NCBI RefSeq assembly: GCF_009914755.1
Contig: NC_060933.1
Length of the DNA: 64,000 nt
Direction: 5' to 3' (one strand)
Source of the DNA: the human T2T-CHM13v2.0 reference genome, Homo sapiens
Shown here: positions 29,668 to 47,740 of the stretch, piece after piece
How positions within the stretch are numbered: the stretch's first letter is position 1
Layout: the number at the start of each line of letters is the position of its first letter
Made by a program: the position numbers and the translations under genes
The notes under the pieces: model-generated
The model's input: the letters and a program-made list of their open reading frames with translations, nothing else
Database searches by the model: none
What the model was told of the DNA's origin: nothing

Positions 29668-29779
29668 GTAGGTAGCTATACTCCCTATTTGTTTGGGATA
29701 GTCCTGGGGTATTATTAATAACATCCCTTTAACCCTCAAAAGGGCTCCGTTTAGATGATACATTATTTGGAAACACTAT
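29668..29779 (-). mobile_element. MER81-like hAT-Blackjack MITE
   Basis: 'tattattaataacatccctttaaccctcaaaagggctccgtttagatgatacattat' resembles MER81 reverse complement. Confidence 0.6.
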
Positions 29780-29868
29780 TTATTAAGCCTCTCTAGTTTT
29801 TAACCCAGGACACACTCTCCCATAGACAGAAGAAATATAAGCCTTTAAAGATCATCGTTTAAAAGTTA

Positions 29869-30177
<309 letters not shown>

Positions 30178-31844
30178 CTAGCCGCGTTAACAGCATTTTT
30201 ATGAAAAAGTAGGCTGGAAATTCAAACTTGATATTTCTCCATGAGCCTGCATCACCTTCTTGGATCTCCTACACATTGTTTATGCCATTTGACGGATACC
30301 TGACTTAGAGACTCCGCCACCTCTAAGTTATCAATGGTTACCTATGTCAAGGCTGAGCTGGGGAGAGTCAGTGAGGGGCAGTGATAGAGGTCCTAGGATA
30401 GAGAACAGAATGAGGGTTTCAGGCGGTCCATGCACAAGGAGAGGAGATGGGGACTGGAGAGACTTGGGAACAAAGAGTATGGGACAGTTTCCCACCGGCA
30501 TGATCTCCAAAGCTACTCCGGTCCTAGGTCAGCAATGATCCTACCCCATTCACATTCTTCCAACCCTGCTCACCAATTTAGTCGCAAGAGGAAGTATACC
30601 ACAATAGGAAGAACAAAGCCTCTCTGCCTCTTCCTAGCTCAATGGGCAGGCTTGGGCTGTTTAGCTGCTCTGAGCCTCTGTTTCCTCATCAGCAAGGATG
30701 CCCCCACATAATTTTTTACGGCTATTTTGGGATTAAATGAAACACCCTTTGTGACATACTGCCCAGTATCACACATAGTTGGCACTCACCAAGTATGAGG
30801 CCTATCATCAGAAATATTTAGTTTCTGTAAACTTTCTCTTTCCAATTTTAATCTGAGGATTGTGTCCATCCTGCTCCATGAGAGAACAGCAGATCTTAAA
30901 AGGGGGTAGCATAAAATCCTTCTATCTTATATGCAAGCCAAACCCCCAATTCTTGTGCATTGATTTTATTTTACATATGTAAGAGTTATAAATTGGACAG
31001 TCACAAACTAGAGGTAAGTCCACCACCATCCCAAACTGAGGAGCGGCGGTGTAGCAGAGGGCAAAATACCAGTCAATAAAATCTCAAACTGGTTTTGCTC
31101 CGATCCACCCAAGCACAGGTGCTGGTCCCAAGTATAGGTCCCACCCAAGTACAGGTCCCTTTTGCTCCATGACTGCCACCATCTCCCTGGGCATCCTGAA
31201 TGTGACTCTATTTTGGAGGTGGGGAACAAGGGGCTAACAAATGCCCTTGGATGTTGAAGCAAGGTGTCCACCTCAGACAGGTAAGATGAGCTGAGTCAAA
31301 CTTCCAGGCACAGGCATGTCATTCGTACTCTAAGATGAGCAGATGCCTGGCAGCCAGCCAGCTCCTCAGAATGCTTTTGCCTGATGGTAATGAGAAGGGC
31401 TTCAGGCATAGCTCCTCTCTGCAAGCATCATTCAGAGATGCTCCTTTAAAGTTCCATAGGTATTGGCCAGGCCCCACCCATCTGCTGGACACTAGGGCTG
31501 ACCATGGACAGCACTCGCCTCATGCAGACACTTTTTATTTCTGGTCTTCCGTCGTTCACAGGAACCATCCTCAGACCCATCCCAGCCACTTGGCTCCCTT
31601 TCCTACTCCTCCTGATCTCTCTGAACTCTGCTTCCCTGCTGGTAACAGCCAGGTAGTCCAGAATGACTGTGCTCCATGGCATCTAGTCTGCTACTGCCAT
31701 GCTGGCTTACACAGAGGGGTGGGACCCAAAGGCACTATAGTGGACATCTGTCCTTCTTGCTTGACCATCATCATCACCTCCTTCCTATATTTAGAAATTT
31801 TCCCACCAAGCCCAGCCCTCTTTCCTTATAGAAGCTAAAAGTAC

Positions 31845-32270
31845 TGTACAGTCTGCCATGCACATGCAAGTGACTTTGCTATTCCTCACACTGAGAGGTG
31901 GAATCTATCTATATATTCTTTGAAGCCGTACTTCACTGTGAGTCTTGCTTTGGCTAATGATGCAGAGGAAGGGACTTGAAAAACGCTTGAGCATTGGAGC
32001 TTATTGCTGCTGGGAGTCCTGTGATCACTAGGCAAAGAAGTCTAGGCTAGCATCCTTGAGACTGAGGGGTCACAAAGAGACAGACCCCGTTCCAATTATC
32101 CAAGCTAAGGGCCCAGATAGGTGAAGCTATCCTATGCCATCCAGCCCCAACCGAGTTAGCCCAGACCATAAGAAGCACTCAGTCAACCCACAGAATTGTG
32201 AGAAATAATAAACACGTATTAGCCACTAAGTTTCAGGGTGGATGTTAAGCAACAGTAGACAACTGATAAA
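31845..32270 (+). mobile_element. MLT1H-like MaLR LTR
   Basis: 'gagaggtggaatctat', 'cagaattgtgagaaataataaa...agccactaagtttcagggtg...caacagtagacaactgat'. Confidence 0.75.
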
Positions 32271-35204
32271 GCAAGTATAGCTTTATGAAGATGCAAATGC
32301 ATCCATTCTTTAAGTACACCTATGTTGAGCTATTACATGCCAACGAGAAGACAAGCAAAGAATAAAATGGTTCCTATAAGGACCGTTTTTTCCTTTGGGG
32401 TTTGTTAACGTTATTGTTCATTTTGATCTGAGTTTTCAAATTGGTGCCATCTGGCTGAGTTCTGTAGACAAATAGTTTAACTGAGCAGTAGTGTGTAAAA
32501 AATTTTTTTGGAATGTGAATCCCTTCAGATGGGGCATGTATTCTTCAGTTCTGCCACAGTCCTCATCACTCTACAGTGGTGTCGTCCGTACTCCTTCAAC
32601 ACTCTTAAATTGCCTGCATGGCTTTGAGAAATACCTGATTTTCCCCAAATCTTAACCAGGTAGGGTAATAAATTATGGAACACTATGTATAGAAAACCTG
32701 AAACTTCTCCACACTGTCGGGGATATTTTATCATCAGTGACAGTATAGGGCAGAGGTTGAATTGAAAAATGGATTAAAAACTGAGAAAAGATGATGAGAA
32801 AGCATGGGGAGTTGTGGGTATCACCACAAACATCTTGGAGAATGTTCACAGGGAAAGAGATTCAATCGCACTCACTCTTCATCTTCCTCTTTTATATGGG
32901 CAAGATCTCCATGAGTCATGGTTCTCCCAATAAAGGAATAAAACACAAGATAATATATGAGATCATTGGCGACTATCTTGGAGACTTAGCTACCACTAAT
33001 GTCTTGAAAACGCAATAGTAATGATGATCAGAATCACTCAAGGGTGATGACAACTGCTACCATTTACTGAACACCTACCATGAGTAAAAGCATCTGAGTG
33101 CTCTCTATGTATCACCCTGTCTGATTCTCCCAACAACTCCTAGTTTACTAATAAGGGAATTGAGAAGCAGAAATACATGGAACTTGCCAAAGGACATACA
33201 AAAGCTTGTAAATGACACCCCACCGCTCACACTCTAATCCCCTTTCTCAATCGCAGTGAAGGATGGTTATGGGTAGCTGACACAGATAGTGGTGAGGCCC
33301 ACGTGCTGTCTGGAAGTCATTTCCTGTGATGCTATTTGGCCTGGAGAGGACTGAAAAGACAGCTATCTTTGGGTTGTTAAGGCACTGCCACAGTGAAAGA
33401 ACAGTACATGACTTCCATGTTACTTCTGAGAAACAGGCTGAAGCCAGGTGGTAGATATCATAGGAACAAAAATTTAAATTCAACATAGAACTTTAAGGAG
33501 AAATTCACTGACTGTTGGGGTCACTTCAGCCATAAGAGTCCATGGTTTTAAGGATGCAACATTAACCATAAGCTCAAAGGTTCTGAAAGGAACCCACATT
33601 CCTATACCCAGATGTCTCCATGCCATTCATTACTCATATAATAGATATTCTGAGCAAAGACTCCATGCCTTTTTCATTAATTCATTTAGCCTCATTCCCA
33701 CTAACTTAATCTAGCTTAAATTGCATAGTCCAGCACACTATACTGAAGGAAGCAGCGATCCTGAAAGCCTATGAATTTTTTTCTGAGCCCTAGTTCCTTG
33801 ACTCCAAGCTGTGTGACCTTATAAAGTCCCTCTACCAGTCAAGACCTCTGTTTCTCCATCTGTAAACTAAGGACACTGATTAGATTTACTTTGAAGGTCT
33901 CTTTCAGCTTCAACTTAATATGTTAAGTACATCTTACAAAATTTAAAAAATAATACTTCCTAAATTACTTTCAACTAGACTAGCTTTACATGACAACTGA
34001 TTAAAGAGTTCTTTCTATTTCTTACTGCCTGGTCATGATTCTGAATGTTTATTTGATTCTTTCACAGGTTAGTTGTTTACATGTCTGACTTTCAATTAGC
34101 CTTTCAGATCCTTAAGGGCAGAGAACTATAAATGATCCTTCTAATATACTGCTGCTGTCTAGCATAGTAGGCATTTTAATTAAACTAAGTAGCTAAATTA
34201 GCTGTACTTGCAATTTAAATTCATGTGACAAATTTCAATGCATTTTATTTTTATTTCCATAGGAAATCAATGAGGAACATGAAAAATGATCTTATGGTTA
34301 TAAAAGAAACAAGCACTGAAAAAAAATTTTAACTTAGGCCATTTATACTGAAAACACCAATTAAAAGGAAATAATATTTACATATAATTAATCACACATT
34401 CCAAAATCAAGGGTATAAGCAATTACAGCCAACTCTTGATTATCCTTGGCAATGTGGAGGGCATGGCTTAAGCACAATTGTGGATAAACACTAAATCTAA
34501 CCTAAATTCAATAGGGAGCCCTTGTGTCTTTGCATGAAGATATGTGACTGCACAAGGATGTTGTAAAGGAGAAAACTTGTTTAAAAGTTTATCTATAAAA
34601 GAAAATATCATGCAGCAACCAAATAAAGAATATAACAATATAATCTTACTTTTCCCAGCAGCTGTATTCGAATACCCCCACTTCAAAGGGAGACATTTGC
34701 TTTTGTTGGGCAAATACTTGGATAAGTCCCCTTGGTGAGCATCTGAGACTGAGGAGCGCCTAGTCCTCCGTCCCCTAATCCGGGACTGGGAGACACAGGT
34801 AGAACTGGTCTGCAATAAGCATGATCAATGTGTTTGCTTAAAAGAGAGAGAGGAGAAAAGAGCACCCAACCCAGGTTGGTACTTCATGTAGGTGAAGAGT
34901 TCCTACTGGGGGAACCCCTGGTTGGAGGGGAGATTTAGAGAGACTTAAACAGCAGATTTCTCTGTGTGGATGCTAACTCTCCCCTATACAACATCTGATA
35001 AAGTCTACAATATATTAAGTGCTTTTATGTAAGTAGATTATTGTGGGGTGGAGGAGGGAGTGAAAAGGAACTGAGGTTGTGCATCTGTCAACATTACGTA
35101 GCAAAAAAACAATGAATTATACACAAAAGTATTAAATATTGGGTTACATTACAGCCACAGTTGCTGACATAAAAAGACAGTCAATGTGTACTTTGTGAAA
35201 AACA

Positions 35205-35692
35205 ACAAATTTATTGAGGTACATTTTACACACCATAAAATTCACCTTTGATTATTAGTAAACTTATCAAGTTGTATAACTATCACTGTAACCTAAGATT
35301 AGACCATTGCCATCATCCCAATAGGATCCATGATACCTATATATAGTTAATCCCTGTTCCCATCTCCAACCCTAGGCAACAACTTGTCAACTTTCCGTCC
35401 CTATCAATTTGACTTTTTTAACACTTTGTACCAACGCAAAATGCAAATCACAGTCTGTGGTCTTTTGTGCCTGGTTTCTTTCACTTAGCATAATTTTTCT
35501 TGAAGTTTGTCTATGATGTAAGATGTTTTAGAATTCATTATTTTTTATTGCTGAATAGTATTCCATTATATGGCTAAACTGTATTTTGTTTATCCATTCA
35601 CCAGCTGATGGACATTTGGATTGCTTCTATTTTGGGCTATTATAAAGAATGCTGCCATGAACATTCACATGCATGTCTTTGTGTTGACATAC
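35205..35692 (-). mobile_element. L1MB-type 3' end
   Basis: 'ttgctgaatagtattccatt', 'ttatccattcaccagctgatggacatttggattg', 'gctgccatgaacattcac'. Confidence 0.85.
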
Positions 35693-35802
35693 TAATATAT
35701 ACTTTTTTGTAGGGAGAAAAAAGTGGTAGAATATCAACAATTCTAAGAGCTTTATATTTTAACATCCTGAAAATTAGAGTGTGCCTTAAAGTTGATGGTT
35801 TA

Positions 35803-36203
35803 TGTATTCATCAATGTCCCATAAGGAAGCAGATGGCACATTCAAATTACAATGCTTTAAGGAAGGTTTAATAAGGGGACTAAATATAAAGGTAATGGCC
35901 AGTTTGAAGAAGGGAATCAGTCAATCATGTGGATAGCAGTCTGCCACCTTGAGAAGAAAGTGCTCTTTCTAGCTAGGACCATGTTCAGCACAAGGCATCA
36001 GTTAGGGACAAAGCTATAGGAATGAATCGCCCTCCCTCACTCTTCTCCTTTCATTTGGCCTCTTGCAAGAGTTCCCCATTGGCCAGACCCAACTGGAAGC
36101 TGGAGGGCAAGGCAGCCCAGGGACATGTTCCACACAAACCAGCCTTTCAGGGAAGAGAGCGAGGTGGAAAATGGAAGGACAATCAGAATACATATCTGGC
36201 GCA
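35803..36203 (-). mobile_element. ERVL solo LTR (LTR41-like)
   Basis: 'aggaagcagatggcacattcaaa...tttaataaggggact' and 'cccattggccagacccaactggaagctggagggcaagg'. Confidence 0.6.
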
Positions 36204-36463
36204 GTGTGTCAAAGTTAAATTGGCAGAGTTTTCTTCTTTTTTTTTAATTTTATTTTATTATTATTATACTTTAAGTTTTAGGGTACATGTGCACAATGCA
36301 GGTTAGTTACATATGTATACATGTGCCATGCTGGTGTGCTGCACACATTAACTCGTCATTTAGCATTAGGTATATCTCCTAATGCTATCCCTCCCCCACC
36401 CCCACCCCACAACAGTACCCAGAGTGTGATGTTCCCCTTCCTGTGTCCACGTGTTCTCACTGT

Positions 36464-40146
<3,683 letters not shown>

Positions 40147-40323
40147 TGCTGCTGATACCCAGGCAAACAGGGTCTGGAGTGGACCTCTAGCAAACTCCAA
40201 GAGACCTGCAGCTGAGGGTCCTGTCTGTTAGAAGGAAAACCAACAAACAGAAAGGACATCCACACCAAAAACCCATTGGTACATCACCATCATCAAAGAC
40301 CAAAAGTAGATAAAACCACAAAG

Positions 40324-41340
40324 ATGGGGAAAAAACAGAACAGAAAAACTGGAAACTCTAAAAAGCAGAGCGCCTCTCCTCCTCCAAAGGAATGCAGCTC
40401 CTCACCAGCAACGGAACAAAGCCGGACGGAGAATGACTTTGACGAGTTGAGAGTGAAGGCTTCAGACAATCAAACTACTCCGAGCTACAGGAGGAAATTC
40501 AAACCAAAGGCAAAGAAGTTAAAAACTTTGAAAAAATTTTAGACGAATGTATAACTAGAATAACCAATATAGAGAAGTGCTTAAAGGAGCTGATGGAGCT
40601 GAAAGTCAAGGCTCGAGAACTACGTGAAGAATGCAGAAGCCTCAGGAGCCGATGCGATCAACTGGAAGAAAGGGTATCAGTGATGGAAGATGAAATGAAT
40701 GAAATGAAGCGAGAAGGGAAGTTTAGAGAAAAAAGAATAAAAACAAACGAACAAAACCTCCAAGAAATATGGGACTATGTGAAAAGACCAAGTCTACGTC
40801 TGATTGGTGTACCTGAAAGTGACGGGGAGAATGGAACCAAGTTGGAAAACACTCTGCAGGATATTATCCAGGAGAACTTCCCCAATCTAGCAAGGTAGGC
40901 CAACATGCAGATTCAGGAAGTACAGAGAATGCCACAAAGATACTCCTCGAGAAGAGCAACTCCAAGACACATAATTGTCAGATTTACCAAAGTTGAAATG
41001 AATGAAAAAAATGTTAAGGGCAGCCAGAGAGAAAGGTTGGGTTACCCACAAAGGAAAGCCCATCTGACTAACAGCTGATCTCTTGGCAGAAAGTCTACAA
41101 GCCAGAAGACAGTGGGGGCCAATATGCAACATTCTTAAAGAAAAGAATTTTCAACCCAGAATTTCACATCCAGCCAAACTAAGCTTCATAAGTGAAGGAG
41201 AAATAAAATACTTTACAGACAAGCAAATGCTGAGAGATTTTGTCACCGCCAGGCCTGCCCTAAAAGAGCTCCTGAAGGAAGCGCTAAACATGGAAAGGAA
41301 CAACTGGTACCAGCCACTGCAAAATCATGCCAAAATGTAA
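40324..41340 (+). pseudogene. L1 ORF1p, full span but disrupted (inside the inverted segment)
   Basis: MGKKQNRKTGNSK... to ...LQNHAKM*; frameshift near 40450, premature TAG at 40896-40898, frameshift near 41005; ORF2 ATG follows at 41404. Confidence 0.95.
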
Positions 41341-42844
41341 AGACCATCGAGACTAGGAAGAAACTGCATCAACTAACGAGCAAAATAACCAGCTAACATC
41401 ATCATGACAGGATCAAATTCACACATAACAATATTAACTTTAAATGTAAATGGACTAAATGCTCCAATTAAAAGACACAGACTGGCAAATTGGATGAAGA
41501 GTCAAGACCCATCAGTGTGCTGTATTTAGGAGTTTTCTTCTTTCTTAGTGATACACAAAATAATGGTGTATTTTCAACTGAGCATTTTAGAGTTGATGAA
41601 ATAAGATTCCAGTTTCATAAAAATCGTTATCATAATAATGTCCACATATGCATGAAATAAAATCTGGACATAAATACCTCATCTGCAAGAGGGGAATTTA
41701 AGATGGAATTTACTTGTCTACATTAAACATTTCTGTAATTTGAGGAGTTTTTACAATGAGCATATCCTATTACCAAGAAAGACCTAGATCTCTGTGGTTT
41801 CTGAATACCATGTCTTATTCTTCCTCTTCAAACTTCCTTTCATTCCTATTAACTTCATTTTGTTTTTCCAACCCTTTTCCCTAAATGATACAGAGCCTGG
41901 CCTTCTGCCTTACAGTTAGAAAGCATTTTAATAAATATGTGTTAAATAAAGGGAATATTTAACAAACAAGTCAATTAGTAAATGAAAATGAATTGAGGAA
42001 CGTGGTTTAATCATTGGCTCTACTGGTACCTACCTGTTCCTGTACCAAGGTCCAAGGAAATTGAAGACCATATGAAAAATACTGATGAATCAGAAAGGAA
42101 AATGAAGAGAGAAAGAAAAATTAATATTAAATATTAATTAATATTTCTAAAGCAAGAGAAACAAATTAGATAAACCAAAATTTTGTTAAAGGAGGTTGGA
42201 AGTGAATGGTGAAGATTTTTTTTGGAGGAGGTCTCTAAAATGTGTCTATATATCTTTACATTTGATTCTCAAAAAAGGGCCATAATCTTTCCAATGATCT
42301 CAAAAGGAGTTCTTGTGATAAACATTGAGCATGGCAAAGAAAACGATAATTTCTGAAGTAGAACAAAAATAGTAAAGAATTGATGCTCTTAAAAACACTC
42401 AGTTTCCCATAAAATTTTCACAATCTCTTTATCTCCCTGCTTTACCCACACTAAGCCTTTACCAGCATTCAGTTTTGTTTCATTTATAACATTACACAGT
42501 GCCAGAAAATGTCTTTTAGAGTTTCTTGAGATGAAATGTGGGCTTAAAATATTTTAATAAAATGAAAAGGTGACACCTCAGTTATTTTCTAATTTTATTT
42601 CAGTGACATGATGCCTCAAATAATATTTTTGTGGACTAAGCTGAATAGTTAAGCATAGTTTAGTTTATAACATCTTTATATGGGAAAACATGTTCCAAGT
42701 TCTGAACAACCAATTTCCAAACAAACTTTTGGAACTCAACACATTCCTATGTTAAGAACTGCCTGTACTGGTTTCAACCTGTGAACTCACCAACAGCTTG
42801 GTCAGGGTTATTAGCAAAATATCAAAATTGGCTCATTTAACTAT

Positions 42845-43960
42845 TCCATTCCACTTATTCATTTGTCCATTCATTCATGCATGCATGCACGTATACATGC
42901 ATTCAGCAAATATTTATGAAGAGCCTACTTTAGCAGGGCCCTGGGCAGGAAGTGAAATGATAAGAACACAGAATAGAATGAGACATGGTTGTTCCGTGTC
43001 TCACTAGGGAAACCTCTTAGTGAAGCAAATAAACCAACAATTCTAATACAATATTTAAAAAAAAAAAAGAAGAAGAAGAAAGGAAGAGAGATAAAGAAAG
43101 AGAAAAATAAAGGTAAATGGGAGACACTCCAGGAAGGGAGGTCAAGGCCTCAAAAAGAAGTATCTCAGTGTGGACAGGATACTGCAAGGAGGTCAGCATT
43201 CTGAAGAGTGCAGTGCAAGCTATGAACTGGCAAGCTATGATGCTGGACCTGTGGTCATGAGGGAATCAATAAGCCATTTTAAGTAAGGTAAGCCTTATTC
43301 TTGTAGTCCCTGTTGGCAAACCTTTGATGGGTTTAAGCATTCGAATGAAATGTTCAGACTTATATTTTACTTAGCTAATTCTGGTAACCAGGTAGAACTT
43401 GGTCAGCAAAACTATAGCCTGCGAGACTTTTGTATGGCCCTATGGGCTAAGAATGTTCTTTACATTTTAAAACGGCTTTGAAAAATCAAAAGAAAAATCA
43501 AATTTTGTGGCACATGAAAATTACATGAAATTCAAATCTTGGTGCCAATAAATAAAGTTGTACTGAAACACAGACAATATTTGTCCATTTACATAGTGTC
43601 AATGGCTGCTATCAGAAAGGCAGAGTTGGGTAGTTACAACAGAAACCATATGGCCTAAGAAGTCTATAATTTTGCTATCTGGCCTGTTACAGAAAAGGTT
43701 TGCAGACTCCTGTTATAGAAGATGGATAAAAGAAGGAAGATCAGTAAGATGGCTTCTGTAACTCAATAGACAGCTGAGAAAATGACACAGGGCTTAACTA
43801 GGTTAGTGGTAACAGGAATGCAAAGGGCAGGGCAGTTTCAATAACATAGGGTACAAAATCTGCAAGCTGTGGGAACAGAGGTGATGTCAGAGATAATTTC
43901 AAGTTGCTGTTTTGAATAACTAGGGAAGATGGTGGTGTCCCCACCTGAGCTGGAGGGAGG
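42845..43960 (-). mobile_element. L2 relic interrupted by MER58
   Basis: 'cattcattcatg...cattcagcaaatatttatgaagagcctact' reverse L2 tail, with L2-like body on both sides of the MER58. Confidence 0.6.
43398..43712. mobile_element. MER58B-like hAT DNA transposon
   Basis: 'aataaagttgtactgaaacacag', 'gcagagttgggtagttacaacagaaaccatatggcc', 'acagaaaaggtttgcagactcctg'. Confidence 0.8.
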
Positions 43961-44259
43961 CTGGGAGGAATGAGGTGCTCTTGAGGATCTGTCTGTGCAG
44001 ATGTCTTAGAGGCAAATGAAAATACGTTGACTAAAACTGCAGGCTGCACCGAACCTCCATTCATTTTACCTCTGCACATTATACACTAAAATCAATAAGT
44101 CACTTTTCATGTGCCACATATGGACTTTGTTTCCCTGGCTGACGAATGAACATTTTGACCAATCATGTGGTAAGCGTGCTTAACAACCAGATGTTGTGGT
44201 TCTGGCAGTAACGGCAACATCTTTACCTAACAATGTTTATGTAATTTTGTGGCTGCTGA

Positions 44260-44622
<363 letters not shown>

Positions 44623-45372
44623 TAAAAGGCAGAGGTAAAAAATAAAAAAATTAGAATGTTGAAACTAGTAACAAATATAAACTTCATAAATGTCATAAAT
44701 TATTTAAAAATTTTTCCAAGATGGTAGATTCTCTCATCCAGATGCCTGGAAATCTGCCTATGTGAGAGGATTTCAGCATGCCTCAGCCACTTGGAAACAG
44801 CAAAAGAGTGCATAAAGATGAACTCTGTGAGCTTTAATTCAAGAAAGCAAATGGAAGCCCAGCAGAATCATTATAGACACCCCAAATCCAAGGGAGGAGA
44901 ATAGAGACAAACAGCCCCCTGTGGCAGCATCTCGCTGATAAAAGTGAGGGAAGCCCCAGTACCTGAGAGAGGGAGGGAGTCTACCTCTGTGACTCACCTT
45001 TCCACTGAAGCTCCGGGCAACCCTGGCCAAGGGAGAGTACTTTGTTTTTCCCAAGCCCTGGAGCTAACTTAGGGAGACGCTTGAAGATGCTGTGAGGGAA
45101 AAACACTGCGAAAAGCTGCATATGTTTTCCCAGACCCAGGACCAAGAGCAGGAGGCCATTTTTAATCCAACTGCGTACAAAGTCAGTCATTCTGTGACAA
45201 CCTGGCAGTGTAGCCACAAAGGCATTTTAGTCTCAGCCCAGAGATTGCAGTGCCTTCTCTAGAGCAGGGTAGGGGCCTCCACAGCCAGAACTGTGAAAAG
45301 TGCCTCAGCAGTAGGGCTAGAACTGTGCTCTCCCCAACTGCAAGCCAGGGGCAGGAGAAGAGCTCCTCCAAC

Positions 45373-47048
45373 TGAGAGGTGACAACATGCTGGCGGCCTT
45401 TGCTTGCTCTCAGCGCCTCCTCGGCCTCGGCGTCTGCTCTGGCCACGCTTGAGGAGCCCTTCAGCCCACCACTGCACTGTGGGAGCCCCTGTCTGGGCTG
45501 GTTGAGGCCAGAGCTGCTCCCTTGGCTTGCAGGGAGGTGTGGAGGGAGAGGCGCAGGTGGGAACTGGGGCTGTGCACGGTGCTCGCAGGCCAGCGCGAGT
45601 TCTGGGTGGGCGTGGGCTTGGCCGGCCCCACACTCGGAGAGGCCAGCCGGTGCCACCGGCCCCAGACAGTGAGGGGCTTAGCACCCGGGCCAGCAGCTGC
45701 AGAGGGGATGCCGGGTCCCCCAGCACTGCCGGCCCGCCAGCACCGCGCTCGAATTCTCGCCGGGCCTCAGCCACCTCCCCATGGGGCAGGGCTCGGGACC
45801 TGCAGCCCGCCATGCCCGAGCTCCCCTCCACGGGCTCCCACGCGGCCTGAGCCTCCCAGATGGGCACGCCCCCTGTTCCACAGCGCCTGGTCCCATCGAC
45901 CGCCCAAGGGCTATGGCATGGCACTGGCGGGCAGCTCTGCCCATGGCCACAGCGCGGGATCCACTAGGCGAAGCCAGCTGGGCTCCTGAGTCGGGTGGGG
46001 TCTTGGAGAACTTTTATGTCTAGCTGGAGGATTGTGGATGCACCAACAGGCACTCTGTGTCTAACTCAAGGTCTGTAAACACACCAGTGTTCTGTGTCTA
46101 GCTAATCTAGTGAGGACGTGGAGAACTTTTATGTCTAGCTAGAGGATTGTAAATGCACCAATCAGCACTTTGTATCTAGCTCAAGGTTTGTAAATGCACC
46201 AATCAGCACCCTGTGTCTAGGTCAAGGTTTGTAAATGCACCTATCAGTGCTCTGTGTCTAGCTAATCTAGTGGGGACTTGGAGAACTTTTATGTCTAGCT
46301 AAAGGATTGTGAATGGACCAATCAGCACTCTGTCTAGCTCAAGGTTTGTAAATGCACTAATCAGTGCTCTGTGTCTAGCTAATCTAGTGGGGACTTGGAG
46401 AACTTTTATGTCTAGGAGAACTTTCATGTCTAGCCAGAGGATTGTATATGCACCAATCAGCACTCTGTATCTAGCTCAAGGTTTGTAAACACACCAATCA
46501 GCACCCTGTCAAAACAGTCCAATCAGCTCTCTGTAAAATGGACCAATCAGCTCTCTGTAAAATGGACCAATCAGCAGGATGTGGGTGGGGTCAGATAAGG
46601 GAATAAAAGCAGGCTGCCCCAGCCAGCAGTGGCAACCGGCTCAGGTCCCTTTCCGCACTGTGGAAGCTTTGTTCTTTCGCTCTTTGCGATAAATCTTGCT
46701 GCTCCTCTCTATTTGGGTCCGCACTGCCTTTATGAGCTGTAACCCTCACCATAAAGTTCTGCAGCTTCACTCCTGAGGCCAGCAAGACCACGAACCCACT
46801 GAGAGGAATGAACAACTCCAGACGCGCTGCCTTAAGAGCTGTAACACTCACCGCAAAGGTATGCAGCTTCACTCCTGAAGCCAGTGAGACCACAAACCAA
46901 CCAAAAGGAAGAAACTCCGAACATGTCTGAACATCAGAAGGAACAAACTCCAGACACGCCATTTTTAAGAACTGTAACACTCACCGTGAGGGTCCGCAGC
47001 TTCATTCTTTAAGTCAGTGAGACCAAGAACCCCCCAATTTCGGACACA
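45373..47048 (+). mobile_element. Solo LTR12 (ERV9/HERV9; LTR12C/D/E group), complete, 1676 bp
   Basis: Starts TGAGAGGTGACA, ends CGGACACA; 4-bp TSD CAAC at 45369-45372 and 47049-47052; GC-rich U3, CCAAT tandem repeats, U5 repeats. Confidence 0.96.
46006..46610 (+). promoter_or_regulatory. LTR12 U3 enhancer/promoter: CCAAT (NF-Y) array, GC/GT box, GATA, AATAAA TATA-like box
   Basis: CCAAT at 46158, 46199, 46318, 46453, 46494, 46519, 46543 and 46567; gtgggtgggg at 46581; agataag at 46593; aataaaa at 46602. Confidence 0.8.
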
Positions 47049-47152
47049 CAACTACAGTTTCTACCACACAATGAGATGTGCAACCAAGTCCAGCTTGGCA
47101 ACCTGGAACCAATCTGCATGTGTCCTTGCTGAGTGCCCCAGCCTGTTCCCCT

Positions 47153-47740
47153 GAGATCATGGTGCAGTAGGGCCCTCTCCGCTCCACCCCTAGGCAGAAC
47201 TCCAGGCACTTGGAGCATCTGCTTGCCTGGACCAGCAGCCTAAGCCACCCCACCTTTCACGGACATAGATCGTGGTGCAGTGGGGCTCTGCTCCATGCCC
47301 AGGCAGATCTCCAAGTATTCAGAGCCCCTCCTAGCCTATATCAGCAGCCTGAACATCTTACCCTTCCTGTGCATAGATTGTGGTGCAGTGGGGCTCTCTG
47401 TGCTCCACACACAGGCAGTAGGCAGATCTCCAGGCCTTTGGAGCACTCCCTCACATGGACTAGGAGCCTGAGTTGCCCCACCTTCCCTATGCAGAGATGC
47501 TGTGCAAGGGGGCCCTCTCCACTCCATGACTAAGCACATCTCCAGACATTTGGAGCACCCACTTGCCTGGATCAGTAGCCTAAACTGCCCTACCCTCCTT
47601 GTGTAGAGATCATGGTACAGGGAGGCATTCTCTGCTCCATACACAGGTAGATCTTTGAGCATCCACAGCATTCACTCTCCTGGATTAGGAGTTTAGGCTG
47701 CCCCCCTGCCCCCACCCCCAACTCCATCACCTTGCAGAGA
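47153..47740 (+). repeat. Five diverged ~110-130 bp tandem units in the old L1 5'UTR
   Basis: Recurring unit 'gatcRtggtgcagtgggg...ctcc...aggcagatctccagg...ttggagca...cctgga..agcagcct'. Confidence 0.85.

Noticed and set aside
31335-31838. 167-aa ATG ORF in unique sequence
   Set aside because: No recognisable domain, promoter or splice context; compatible with chance in 64 kb
45183-46023. Cluster of overlapping 80-221 aa ORFs on both strands
   Set aside because: They lie wholly or largely in the GC-rich LTR12 U3, where stop codons are rare; no domain is recognisable
46006-46580. Regular repeats superficially like a CRISPR array
   Set aside because: No unique spacers and no cas genes; this is the known LTR12 CCAAT tandem enhancer
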